Position numbers and translations under genes: made by a program
The notes under the pieces: model-generated
What the model was told of the DNA's origin: nothing
Database searches by the model: none
What the model saw: the letters and a program-made list of their open reading frames with translations, nothing else
Origin: Nitrososphaerota archaeon
GTDB taxonomy: Archaea; Thermoproteota; Nitrososphaeria_A; Caldarchaeales; Calditenuaceae
Assembly: GCA_033581555.1 (NCBI GenBank)
Contig: JAVQSZ010000002.1
Coordinates: forward strand, 64,001-128,000
Direction of reading: 5' to 3'
DNA: 64,000 nucleotides
Part shown: positions 19,144 to 28,778 of the stretch, one piece after another
Layout of the letters: every line of letters starts with the position of its first letter
Position numbering within the stretch: the first letter of the stretch is position 1

Positions 19144-19792
19144 CCGAGAGCCTCACCGGCTCGCCCATCGAGAGCTTCAGGTAGACCGACTGAACGTTCG
19201 CCCACCTCTTCGGGAGCCTCTCGACGACCCTGTTCAGGACCGCCTGCGCGTTCTCGAGGAGGTGATCTATCGGCATCTCCTCGGTCCCGATCACGCAGTT
19301 CGCCTGCGGGTTCTTCCTCACCCTGACCGTCACGCTCCGCTTGTACCTCGCGGCCATCGCGTCGATGTCGGTCCCCGCTGGAACGGGCACCGGCGCCTTC
19401 CCCACATAGCCCAGTGCTGACCCCAGGGCCCTCGCGGCGAGGGAGATGAGGGAAGTGTCGACGAGGAAGTAGTCGTACTCCCTCGCGAGCTTCTTCGCGG
19501 CCTTCTTGTTCCCCACGAGCAGCTCGACCTCCTCCCTCTCGAGGACCTTGTCGATGTTCGCGGACTTCCTCGCCTCAACAGCGAGCGCGCCGCCCGCGAT
19601 CACCGCGACCCTCCTCGGCCTCGACCCCAGGCCCCTCGGCAGCTCGACCGTCTCAGTGAACCTGTTCTCCGGTTTCTTCAGGTCTATGTCCCTGAGGTTC
19701 ACCTGTAGCTCCACCGACTGGACGAACTTCCTCTTCCCCCGGTCGCCCATCGCCCTTCTGAGGCCCTCCGAGATCTCCTGCGCTGCCAGCAT
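19133..19792 (-). CDS. rpl1: 50S ribosomal protein uL1
   Basis: KRKFVQSVELQVNLRDIDLKKPENR, IGTEEM, YLKLSMGEP. Confidence 0.95.
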   Translation of the reverse strand: MLAAQEISEGLRRAMGDRGKRKFVQSVELQVNLRDIDLKKPENRFTETVELPRGLGSRPRRVAVIAGGALAVEARKSANIDKVLEREEVELLVGNKKAAKKLAREYDYFLVDTSLISLAARALGSALGYVGKAPVPVPAGTDIDAMAARYKRSVTVRVRKNPQANCVIGTEEMPIDHLLENAQAVLNRVVERLPKRWANVQSVYLKLSMGEPVRLSVRR

Positions 19793-19900
19793 GCTCCTAC
19801 CACGTGCGCAGACCTAAGGGAAATACGTACCGCGATCGGGCGCCAGGGCTCTGCCGATCTCCCGAAAATGTTAAGAGCTGAGCAGGATGGCAGGTCGGTG

Positions 19901-19974
<74 letters not shown>

Positions 19975-20061
19975 GAGGGCAGACATCTTCAAGGTCTCGG
20001 CCTCGCGCCCCTAACCGTTGAGGTCTCGACAGACCTCTCGATGGGCTAGGCCCTCAGCAAC

Positions 20062-20964
20062 TCACGAGCCGGCCAGCCTCACCAGCCCCTCCCAACGGGC
20101 CTCAACCTCCCTCTTCAGCTCCTCGAGGAGATGGGCGTTCTCGGGTCTGAGGAGGTAGCTGAACCTCTCTTGGAGACGGAGGAACTCCTCGAGCGGCCGT
20201 GGCCTCGAGACGAAGTAATTGATCCTGTACTTCCCTTCTTCGACCTCGTAGAGCGGGAAGTACCGAGTCTCGACCGCGAGCTTCGCGATCCGCATCGTCA
20301 GGGACGGATCGAACCTCCAGCCCCTGTTGCAGGGCGCCAGGACGTGGAGGAAAGTCGGCCCATCGAAGGTCAGGGCCTTCCTCACCTTGTTGGCGAGGTC
20401 CTTCCAGAAGTAGGGCGATGCGGTGGCGGCGTAGGGGACGCCATGGGAGACCGCGAACGCGATCAGGTCCTTCTTCGGGCCCGCCTTCCCGAACGGCGTA
20501 GTCGAGGTCCACGCGCCGTGGGGCGTGAGGGAGGAGCGCTGGATCCCGGTGTTCATGTAGGCCTCGTTGTCATAGCAGACGTAGAGGAACGAGTGTCTCC
20601 TCTCGAGGGCGCCCGAGAGCGCTTGGAGGCCTATGTCCGCGGTACCCCCGTCGCCTGCGATCACGACGACCCTATGGTCCCGCGCCAGCCCCTTCTCCTT
20701 CAGGACCCTCAGGGCCGCCTCGATCCCAGAGGCGACCGCTGCCGCGTTCTCGAAGGCCACGTGGACGTACGGGACCCTCCACGCCGTGTTCGGGTACTGG
20801 GTCGTCACGACCTCGACGCACCCGGTGGCGTTCACGACGATGTAGGGCTGCGGCACAGCGAGCAGGACCTGCCTGACCGCGATCATCGCGCCGCAGCCCG
20901 CGCAGGCCGAGTGGCCCGGGCTCAGGGGCTCGAACCCGACCAGCTCGTCGAGCCTTGACACCAT
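20062..20964 (-). CDS. porB: Pyruvate/2-oxoacid:ferredoxin oxidoreductase beta subunit
   Basis: GHSACAGCG, ATGCVEV, GDGGTADIGLQALSG, YDNEAYMNTGIQRS. Confidence 0.93.
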   Translation of the reverse strand: MVSRLDELVGFEPLSPGHSACAGCGAMIAVRQVLLAVPQPYIVVNATGCVEVVTTQYPNTAWRVPYVHVAFENAAAVASGIEAALRVLKEKGLARDHRVVVIAGDGGTADIGLQALSGALERRHSFLYVCYDNEAYMNTGIQRSSLTPHGAWTSTTPFGKAGPKKDLIAFAVSHGVPYAATASPYFWKDLANKVRKALTFDGPTFLHVLAPCNRGWRFDPSLTMRIAKLAVETRYFPLYEVEEGKYRINYFVSRPRPLEEFLRLQERFSYLLRPENAHLLEELKREVEARWEGLVRLAGS

Positions 20965-20974
20965 GCCGGCCACC

Positions 20975-22135
20975 TCACCTGAGGAGGATCCGCCTCGACC
21001 TGGCTTCACGCTCCCTCACTCCCCTCTCCGCCTCCCCGAGGAGCCTGCCGATCTTCCTCAGCGTGACAGGCTTCCCGCCAAGCCCGTAAACGACGCTCCA
21101 CACCGGTACACGGAACCCTGCGTCGTAAAGCGCGGACTTGACCTCTGAGACCAGCGGAGGCGACACGGCCCCCGGCGAGAGGGACCTGTCCATCACGACC
21201 ACGAGCTCCGCGTCGTTCAGCAGCTCGATCAACCTCCGCCTCGGGAAGGGCCTGAATAGCCTGACCGAGAGGACATCGAAGATGTCCTGCAGCCTCTGCG
21301 TCTTCACGAAGTGCCTGAGCGACCCCGCGACGTCGCCCATGCAAATCAGCTTCACTCGCCCCCCGGTCCACTCGGCGTGGATCGCGCCCCTCTTCGACTC
21401 GGAGTTCGGGTAAAGCTCCTCAACCTCCGTGAAGACTCGGCCCGCGGCCCTGAGGGCCTTCTCCTGCTCGACCTTCGACTCGAAGTAGGCGTCCGGGAGC
21501 GCGAAGCCACCGATCGTCATCGGCTCGTCGTAGCTGAGCCTATGCCTCTCCCTCCTCGGGAGGAACCTCCTGACCTCCTCATCTGGGAGCACGGCGACTG
21601 GTTCGCACGAGTGCGAGGTGGTAAAGCCGTTGAAGTTAACCGCTACCGGGAGCAGCACCCTCGGGTCCTCGGCGAGCCTGAAGGCCTTGACGACGTTGTC
21701 GTAGACGTCCTGCGGGTCCTCGCAGAAGACCTGGACCCATCCCGAGTCCCTCGAACCCATGATGTCAGAGTGGTCGCAGTGGATGTTGATCGGAGCGGAG
21801 AGCGCCCTGTTCGCCACCGCCATTACGATCGGGAGCCTCAGCCCGGAGGCGACGTACATCACCTCGTGCATGTACGCGAGCCCCTGGCTGCTGGTGGCGG
21901 TGAAGACCCTGGCCCCCGCCGCGGAGGCGCCTATGCACGCGCTGAGCGCGGAGTGCTCCGACTCGATGAGGACCATCGCGGCCTTGACGTCCCCCCTCCC
22001 GACGTACTCGGCCAACTTCTCGACGATCGTCGTCTGGGGCGTGATCGGGTATGCGGTGATCAGGTCGACGTCGGACTGCTTGACCGCGTACGCCGCGGCC
22101 TCGTTCCCGGTCATGAGGAGCGAGTTGAGCAACAT
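20975..22135 (-). CDS. porA: Pyruvate/2-oxoacid:ferredoxin oxidoreductase alpha subunit
   Basis: GNEAAA, AYPITPQT, ESEHSA, TATSSQGL, NRAL.APINIH.DHSD. Confidence 0.93.
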   Translation of the reverse strand: MLLNSLLMTGNEAAAYAVKQSDVDLITAYPITPQTTIVEKLAEYVGRGDVKAAMVLIESEHSALSACIGASAAGARVFTATSSQGLAYMHEVMYVASGLRLPIVMAVANRALSAPINIHCDHSDIMGSRDSGWVQVFCEDPQDVYDNVVKAFRLAEDPRVLLPVAVNFNGFTTSHSCEPVAVLPDEEVRRFLPRRERHRLSYDEPMTIGGFALPDAYFESKVEQEKALRAAGRVFTEVEELYPNSESKRGAIHAEWTGGRVKLICMGDVAGSLRHFVKTQRLQDIFDVLSVRLFRPFPRRRLIELLNDAELVVVMDRSLSPGAVSPPLVSEVKSALYDAGFRVPVWSVVYGLGGKPVTLRKIGRLLGEAERGVREREARSRRILLR

Positions 22136-22401
22136 CACGACTCCCTCACCATCCTTATCGCTCTCCTGGGACACTCGACCGCACAGATCCCGCAGCCCTT
22201 GCAGTGGTCGTAGTCTATCGCGACCTTCCCGTCCTCGGTCACGATTATCGCGGGCTCTGGACAATAGATCCAGCAGATCAGGCACCCGACGCAGTTCGCG
22301 AGGTCCACAACGGGCCTAGAGCTCCTCCAGCCCGCGGTGACGTTCCGTGCTGAAGACCCCGGTTCGAAGATCAGCGCAGCTGTCCTGGGGCGGTGGGCCA
22401 A
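22135..22401 (-). CDS. porD: Pyruvate/2-oxoacid:ferredoxin oxidoreductase delta subunit (2x[4Fe-4S])
   Basis: TAGWRSSRP, CVGCLICWIYCPE, YDHCKGCGICAVECP. Confidence 0.93.
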   Translation of the reverse strand: MAHRPRTAALIFEPGSSARNVTAGWRSSRPVVDLANCVGCLICWIYCPEPAIIVTEDGKVAIDYDHCKGCGICAVECPRRAIRMVRES

Positions 22402-22402
22402 C

Positions 22403-22924
22403 TCAAGTCACCTCGTTGTAAGCCGCCCTGGCGACCGCAGCGTCCTGCGGGCTCAAGTGCTCCGAGACGGCCTGTTCGAGCGCCCCGATCTCCGGCACCC
22501 CAATCGCCCTTGACATCGCCCCGAGCAGAGCGATCCCTACCGACCTCGGCCTCCCTAGCCTCTCCGCGATCCATGACGCGTTGACCACCGTGACCCTGTA
22601 AGGCGCGCCCGACGGCTCCGGCCCCCTCGTCGCGGAGTTGACAACTACGTGCGACTCCCTCTTTACCAGCCTCTCGAGCGGGACAAAACCCAGCAGCCTC
22701 TCCTCGAGGACGACAGCGACGTCCGCGCGTTCTACCGGCGTCCTGAGCTCGATCGGCCTCCGGGAGAACCTCAGGTAGGCCCTGACCGGTGCGCCGGCCC
22801 TCTCCGGTCCGAACTCGGGAAACGTTTGGACGTGAAAGCCCGTGCGGAAGAGGGCGGTCGCGCAGATCCGCGCCGACGTGACCACCCCTTGGCCTCCCCT
22901 CCCGAGGAAGACCACCTCGGCCAA
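22403..22924 (-). CDS. porG: Pyruvate/2-oxoacid:ferredoxin oxidoreductase gamma subunit
   Basis: GRGGQGVVT, FPEFGPERAGAPVRAY. Confidence 0.92.
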   Translation of the reverse strand: MAEVVFLGRGGQGVVTSARICATALFRTGFHVQTFPEFGPERAGAPVRAYLRFSRRPIELRTPVERADVAVVLEERLLGFVPLERLVKRESHVVVNSATRGPEPSGAPYRVTVVNASWIAERLGRPRSVGIALLGAMSRAIGVPEIGALEQAVSEHLSPQDAAVARAAYNEVT

Positions 22925-23207
22925 GGAGACTTCACCCCCATAATGACAGGGTAACGACGTAAAAAATATTGGACGAACGAGGGAAATTCATCATAGCCTG
23001 CGAACGTCTAAAGGGGGAAGGGCGCGGAAACACGACGGACGGTAGGGATCATGGGTTCCGCTCTGAACGCGTTCGGGACCGGTGATTCACGACGTCTCCC
23101 GCTGGGATCGATAGCGACTCTTGACGAAGACGATGGGATCGCTCTCGGCCGATCGTCGACATTTGGAGTCGTGGGACTCGCCCGCCGGTCGATGCGCTTC
23201 AGACGGC

Positions 23208-24449
23208 TCAGAAGTCCTTCCACTTGGTAGCCACGACCGCGAGGGAGAGGCCGAGCGCGGCCAGCCCGGCGACCACGAGCGCAGGGAGGAGGGCTCCGGC
23301 CGGAGACCCGACGATGAGCGCCTCCCTAAGGGCCACATGGAAATAATAGAGGGGCGTGAACCTCGCGACCGCCTGAAGGAACTCGGGCATCAGCTCGAGG
23401 GGCCAGAGGGCTCCAGAGAGGAACATCATCGGGAACGCGACGGAATTCGCGAGAGCGGTCACCGCCCCCGCCTCCCTGAGAGAGCCGCCTATCGCGACGC
23501 CGAAGCCCGTGAAGGCCAGCGTCCCGAGCAGAATGACCAGGAGGCTCAGGGCGTCTGGGAACGCGGAGATCCTGAAGACCGCCCAGCCGACCGCTAGCAT
23601 CACCCCCAGCAGGATCAGCGAGACGATGGTCTGGACGACGACGATCGACGCGATCCACGTCGACTTCGGGAGCGGCGTCGAGGCGAGGAGCTTGACTAGG
23701 CCGCGCCTGTACGCGTCGAAGACCAGGAGGGAGACCCCGATCAACCCGTTCGTCATGACGAAGGCCGCGACGTATCCGGGGAGGTAGTAGTCGACGAGGC
23801 GGAGCTGCTTGGTTTGCGTTAAGACTGAGCTCACCTCCATCGCCGAGGAGGCGTTGAGGAGCGCGAGCTCGAACTTCGACGCTATCACGTTGATGATGCC
23901 CTCGATCGGCTGGAGGAGCCTGTCGTCGGGGCTGCCCTCCAGGGTCAGCTTAGGCCTCTCGCCCCCAATGGTCTGCCTGAAGGACCTTATCGCCCTCACC
24001 GACGACTCGATCTCTGCTCTGGTTTGCGGGGGGATCGACTCCCCGGCCATCGCGACCATCCTCAGTATCGTGTCGGCCGTGATCTCGAGCCTGTTGGCGA
24101 CGGTGACGTTAAGGAGGTTCTCGGTGAAGCCCTTCGGGATCGTGAGGATCCGGACCGCCGCGAATCCGGTGCCGCGCGGCGCGGGGTCGTCGGGCCTGAG
24201 GAGGTGGACCTCGAAGACGCTCTCGTTGAGGGCCCTGATGAAGGCCTCCGAGAGGGCTCCAGGCTTCCCGCTCTGGTCGACGTCGAGGTTCCTGACGTAA
24301 AGCGTGTAGTTCGGCGGCGAAGGCCCTCCGAAGACGCTCCCGAAGATGAGCAGGAGCATCACGGGGAAGAGGAACCCGAAGAAGATGCTCTGCTTGCTCC
24401 TCATCCAGGCCTTGAAGAGTAGCTTGATCAGGGTCGGTGCCGCCCTCAC
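23208..24449 (-). CDS. ABC-2 type exporter permease
   Basis: FFGFLFP N-terminal TM, large extracellular loop, YLPG, FPMMFLSGALWP, PLYY. Confidence 0.88.
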   Translation of the reverse strand: MRAAPTLIKLLFKAWMRSKQSIFFGFLFPVMLLLIFGSVFGGPSPPNYTLYVRNLDVDQSGKPGALSEAFIRALNESVFEVHLLRPDDPAPRGTGFAAVRILTIPKGFTENLLNVTVANRLEITADTILRMVAMAGESIPPQTRAEIESSVRAIRSFRQTIGGERPKLTLEGSPDDRLLQPIEGIINVIASKFELALLNASSAMEVSSVLTQTKQLRLVDYYLPGYVAAFVMTNGLIGVSLLVFDAYRRGLVKLLASTPLPKSTWIASIVVVQTIVSLILLGVMLAVGWAVFRISAFPDALSLLVILLGTLAFTGFGVAIGGSLREAGAVTALANSVAFPMMFLSGALWPLELMPEFLQAVARFTPLYYFHVALREALIVGSPAGALLPALVVAGLAALGLSLAVVATKWKDF

Positions 24450-25378
24450 GCCAGCTCGCCCCTCTCGGTGAGCCTTGACCCGATGACCCTCAGGAAGACG
24501 TCCTCGAGCCCGGCCCTCCTGATCTCGGGGTAGGCCTCGACCGAGAGCTCCCTGAGGGTCGAGATCACCTCCGCGACCTCCGACTGCGTGCGGACCTTTA
24601 CGACGGCTCGGCCATCTGGGGCGACCTCGACCTCGTACCCTCTCTCCCGGAGAGACCTGACAGCCCTCTCCTCCAACCCCTCGAAGAAGAGCCTCGTCTT
24701 CCCCCCGTGCTCCTCGATCAGCCTCCTCACCTCGCCGATCGCAGCGATCCTCCCCTTGACGATGATCGCGACCCTGTCGCTCAGCCTCTCGGCCTCCTCC
24801 ATGTAGTGGGTGGTGAGGACCACCGTCACGCCCTCCCTCTTCAGCTGCTTGATGTAGAGCCAGGTCTCCCGCCTCGCCTCCGGGTCAAGTCCGGTCGTGG
24901 GCTCGTCGAGGAAGACGATCTCCGGGTCCCCCACGAGGGCCATCGCTATCCCGACCCTCCTCTTCAGCCCTCCCGAGAGCTTGGAGAACAGCCTGCCCCT
25001 GAGCTCCCAGAGGCCCAGCTTCTCGAGGACCTCCCTGACGTTCTCCGCGCCCTTCGACGCTGCCGCCAGCTCGACGTTCTCGTACACGGTGAGGTCGTCC
25101 TCGGCGTTGAACTCCTGGGGCAGGACGCCGATCAGCTTCTTGATCTCCCGTACGCCGGCGGGGTCTCGGATGCTGAAGCCCTTCAGGTACGCGTTCCCTG
25201 AGGTCGGCGTTCGCAAACATTCGAGCATCTCGACGGTCGTCGTCTTCCCGGCGCCGTTGGGACCGAGAAGCGCGAAGACTTCGCCCTCGTTAACCGTGAA
25301 AGAGATCCTGTCCACCGCGAGGACATCACCGTACCTCTTGGTGAGATCCTCTACGACGATGGCGGGAGAGACTCTCAC
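24446..25378 (-). CDS. ABC-2 type exporter ATP-binding protein
   Basis: [36 protein letters not shown]. Confidence 0.92.
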   Translation of the reverse strand: MRVSPAIVVEDLTKRYGDVLAVDRISFTVNEGEVFALLGPNGAGKTTTVEMLECLRTPTSGNAYLKGFSIRDPAGVREIKKLIGVLPQEFNAEDDLTVYENVELAAASKGAENVREVLEKLGLWELRGRLFSKLSGGLKRRVGIAMALVGDPEIVFLDEPTTGLDPEARRETWLYIKQLKREGVTVVLTTHYMEEAERLSDRVAIIVKGRIAAIGEVRRLIEEHGGKTRLFFEGLEERAVRSLRERGYEVEVAPDGRAVVKVRTQSEVAEVISTLRELSVEAYPEIRRAGLEDVFLRVIGSRLTERGELA

Positions 25379-25538
25379 GCTGCCACTTCCGGCTGCCGCT
25401 ATAAAAGATCAAAGAGGTCGAAGACCAGCTCAGGCACTTTAGCGCCGCGAGGATTGCGACCTGACCGTCGTGCGGAGGCGAACGAGTAGCTCAAACTCAG
25501 TCCTAAACAATTATATCGGCTCAGCATAACAAATCCTC

Positions 25539-27044
25539 GTGAACTCCCAGTGGCCTTCACTTTCCAAGGAGCAAATCTTCGCGAGGCTGAGGGAATACGC
25601 CTCAGAGGACGCGGAGCCGTCGAGCGGGAGGCTCTTCACGATCGCCTTCGAGTCCGGCCTCGACGACCTGAAGGAAATCGCCCTCGAGGCCTTCAGGGCC
25701 TTCATGGACAAGAACATGCTCGACTTCACGGAGTTCCCCAGCGTGATCAGGATGGAGAGAGATGTGGTCGGGATCGCGACAAGGTTGATGAACGGCGACG
25801 AGCAGGTCGCGGGGACCTACACCTTCGGCGGTACCGAGAGCGTCTTCCTCGCGGTGAAGGCCGCGCGCGACTGGTTCATCCTCGGGAGAGGAACGATCAC
25901 GATCCCCGAGTTAGTGATCCCCGTCACCGCGCACCCGTGCTTCGACAAGGCCGCCGAGTACATGGGCCTAAAGGTCAAACGAGTGAAGGTGGACCCGGAG
26001 ACGCTTCAGGCTGATGTCGAGGCCGTGAAGGAGGCGATCACGGAGAACACCGCGATGGTCGCAGCTTCTGCTCCGAACTGGCTCTTTGGGACTGTCGACC
26101 CAGTTAAGGAGATGGCCGAGGTCGCGCAGGACGGTCGCATCTGGTTCCACGTCGACGCTTGTGTCGGCGGCTTCGCGCTCCCGTTCATGAGGAAGCTGGG
26201 CGAGGACGTCCCGGACTTCGACTTCAGCGTCGAGGGGGTCACCTCGATATCGCTGGACCCGCATAAGTACGCATACGCGCCCATAGGAGCATCGGTGGTC
26301 CTCTTCAGGAAGGAGTACTACAAGATGTATTCCCAGTTCGCCTGCCTGAGGTGGCCGGGTTACCCGATCGTGAACCCCGCCGTGCTCTCGTCGAGGTCCG
26401 CGGGACACCTGGCCTCCACGTGGGCAGTCCTCCACTACTTGGGCGAAGAGGGTTACCTGCGGCTCACCAGGTCGATAATCGAGGCGAGAGACCTGATCTC
26501 CCGCGGCGTGGAGAAGCTGGGTTACAGGGTTATGGGGAGGCCGACGGTCATACTCGCCTTCACCTCGGAAGACCTCAACCTCTTCAGGCTCTCCGACGAG
26601 ATGACGAAGAGGGGCTGGTACCTCTTGCCTCAGAGGGGCGTCCCTGAGATGGGGATACCCCCAAGCGTCCACCTCACGATCACTCCGCTCAACAGGAGAA
26701 CCTGCGATGAGATGGTGAGGGACCTGGAGGAGTGCACCGATCTCGTGAGGAGGCTCCCGCCCAGCGAAGCAGAGGGACTGATCGAGGGACTAGGTCTGAT
26801 CATGCGGCTGATCACGCCCCAGGAGTTCGACCTGGCCTCATTGGGGGCTCTGATGAGGGAGCTTGAAAGGAGCCTAGAGGTCTACGGCCCCGCGCTCCTC
26901 AAGGCCCTTGGCCTGAAGGAGGGCCTCCCCAAGGAGATGTCGACTATATATCAGCTCTTCAACAACCTGCCGCCGAGTGTCACGGAGCTCCTCGTGAACT
27001 ACGTTGTCATACAGCTCTTCCGGGGAGCCGGACGACCCGTGTGA
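25539..27044 (+). CDS. Group II PLP-dependent decarboxylase / sphingosine-1-phosphate-lyase-like protein
   Basis: GGTES, AHPCFDKA, GTVDP, HVDACVGGF, SISLDPHKY. Confidence 0.85.
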   Translation: MNSQWPSLSKEQIFARLREYASEDAEPSSGRLFTIAFESGLDDLKEIALEAFRAFMDKNMLDFTEFPSVIRMERDVVGIATRLMNGDEQVAGTYTFGGTESVFLAVKAARDWFILGRGTITIPELVIPVTAHPCFDKAAEYMGLKVKRVKVDPETLQADVEAVKEAITENTAMVAASAPNWLFGTVDPVKEMAEVAQDGRIWFHVDACVGGFALPFMRKLGEDVPDFDFSVEGVTSISLDPHKYAYAPIGASVVLFRKEYYKMYSQFACLRWPGYPIVNPAVLSSRSAGHLASTWAVLHYLGEEGYLRLTRSIIEARDLISRGVEKLGYRVMGRPTVILAFTSEDLNLFRLSDEMTKRGWYLLPQRGVPEMGIPPSVHLTITPLNRRTCDEMVRDLEECTDLVRRLPPSEAEGLIEGLGLIMRLITPQEFDLASLGALMRELERSLEVYGPALLKALGLKEGLPKEMSTIYQLFNNLPPSVTELLVNYVVIQLFRGAGRPV

Positions 27045-27073
27045 ACTCCGCACCTGTAGTGCGTATCTGACCG

Positions 27074-28693
27074 TTATGGTTGCTGACTTTTCGTTGACCT
27101 TTCAATGAAATAATTCTTGTACATCTCGCGAAGGGCCTTCTTGTCGAACTTCCCTGTCCCTGTTTTCGGTATCGATTCGACGAAGATTATTTCATCGGGT
27201 AACTGCCACTTAGCCACCCGTTCTCTCAGGTGATCGATTATCTCTGCCTTACCGATTTTGTTCACGTAATCGCCCTTGAGTACAACAAAAGCCAGAGGCC
27301 TCTCCTGCCATACCTCGTGTGGAACCCCCACGACGGCTGCTTCGAGTACAGCGGGGTGACTCATTATGAGATTCTCTAAGTCAACCGATGAGATCCATTC
27401 TCCCCCGCTCCTTATGAGGTCTTTGTATCTATCGACTATCTGAATGTAGCCCTTTTCATCAATAGTCGCCGCATCACCAGTTCTCAACCATCCTCCACAG
27501 AAGGATTGAGCTGTCCTCTCTGGGTCCTTGAAGTACGAGTCGATAACCCACGCTCCCCTGAACAGTAGTTCTCCGACCGACTTCCCATCCCGAGGAAGCT
27601 CGTTCCCCTCCTGATCCACGACCTTGACCTCGATGCCGGGGACCGGTATTCCCTGCTTGAGCTTGACCCTCCTCACCTCCTCCTCGTTGCCGTCGATGTC
27701 CCTCTTGAGCCAGTTGACCACCGCGGCTGGCCCCTCGGTCATCCCCCACGCGTGCACTACCTCCACACCTAATTCCTCGAACTCGTTCAATATCGCCGGC
27801 GTGAGAGAGGCTCCTCCGACGATGACCCTCTTCAGGCTGCTGATGTCGTAGTTCCGGGTTTTGTTGAGGTGATTGAGGAAGTTGATCCAGACGGTCGGTG
27901 CGCCTGCGGTCACGGTCACCCTTTCGCCCTCTATCAGCTCAGCGAGCCTCTGAGGGGTAGGATGTGGACCGGGTAGGACGATCTTCGCTCCCGCTATCAT
28001 CGAGGAGAAGGGGAGGAACCATCCGACCGCATGGAAAAGCGGGACCTGTAGGAGCACCACGTCACGGTCCGTCAGGTTGAAGAACTGAGGGAGACAGAGC
28101 GCCAGCCCAGCGATGAACACGCTTCTGTGGCTGTGAATCACTCCCTTGGGAGGCCCAGTCGTTCCGCTCGTGTAGAGGAGGAACGCCGGCGCGTTCTCGT
28201 CTAGGCTGTCGGGGAACTCGAAGCCCTGCTGGCCGTTCTCCAGTAATTTCTCATACGACGCGACCCCTGACCGGTGTTCCGTCTGATCCTCCCCCATGAT
28301 TACGCATCTGAGGTCGTGCCTGCCCAATTCCGCGAAGGCGGCGTACTGGTCTTCGTCGACGAAGACGATCTTGTCGTCCGCGTGGTTGAGAATGTAACCT
28401 ATTTCACGCTTCGAAAGTCTGAGGTTCAACGTGTGCAGGACGGCGCCCATGCAGGGGACGGCGTAGTACAGCTCGAGGTGACGGTGAGTGTTCCACGCGA
28501 GCGTTCCCACGACGTCGGCCTCGCCTACACCTAAGCCCCGGAGAGCTGAGCCGAGCCGCTTTACCCTTTCGTAAAACTCAGTGTAGCTGTATCTTAAAAT
28601 TTCACCGTCCGATTTATAAGAAGCTATCTCCTGACTTCCGAATAATAAGGCCGCACGCCTGAGGACGCAGATTAAACTCAACTGAAAGACCAC
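27074..28693 (-). CDS. Medium/long-chain acyl-CoA ligase (AlkK/DmdB-like)
   Basis: WNTHRHLELYYAVP, YTSGTTGPPKG, WGMTE, TGD, RSGGEWISSVDLEN, WQERP, TGTGKFDK. Confidence 0.92.
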   Translation of the reverse strand: MVFQLSLICVLRRAALLFGSQEIASYKSDGEILRYSYTEFYERVKRLGSALRGLGVGEADVVGTLAWNTHRHLELYYAVPCMGAVLHTLNLRLSKREIGYILNHADDKIVFVDEDQYAAFAELGRHDLRCVIMGEDQTEHRSGVASYEKLLENGQQGFEFPDSLDENAPAFLLYTSGTTGPPKGVIHSHRSVFIAGLALCLPQFFNLTDRDVVLLQVPLFHAVGWFLPFSSMIAGAKIVLPGPHPTPQRLAELIEGERVTVTAGAPTVWINFLNHLNKTRNYDISSLKRVIVGGASLTPAILNEFEELGVEVVHAWGMTEGPAAVVNWLKRDIDGNEEEVRRVKLKQGIPVPGIEVKVVDQEGNELPRDGKSVGELLFRGAWVIDSYFKDPERTAQSFCGGWLRTGDAATIDEKGYIQIVDRYKDLIRSGGEWISSVDLENLIMSHPAVLEAAVVGVPHEVWQERPLAFVVLKGDYVNKIGKAEIIDHLRERVAKWQLPDEIIFVESIPKTGTGKFDKKALREMYKNYFIERSTKSQQP

Positions 28694-28778
28694 GCCTTTG
28701 CGACGGTGAACCTAAATTTTAAGCCTTTCCTTTATTGCTCATTAGGTCGGTCATAGATTTATTAACCACGAGGGGGTA

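Noticed and set aside
23121-23597. 158-aa ORF starting in the porG gap
   Set aside because: Mostly antisense to the ABC permease and low in complexity.
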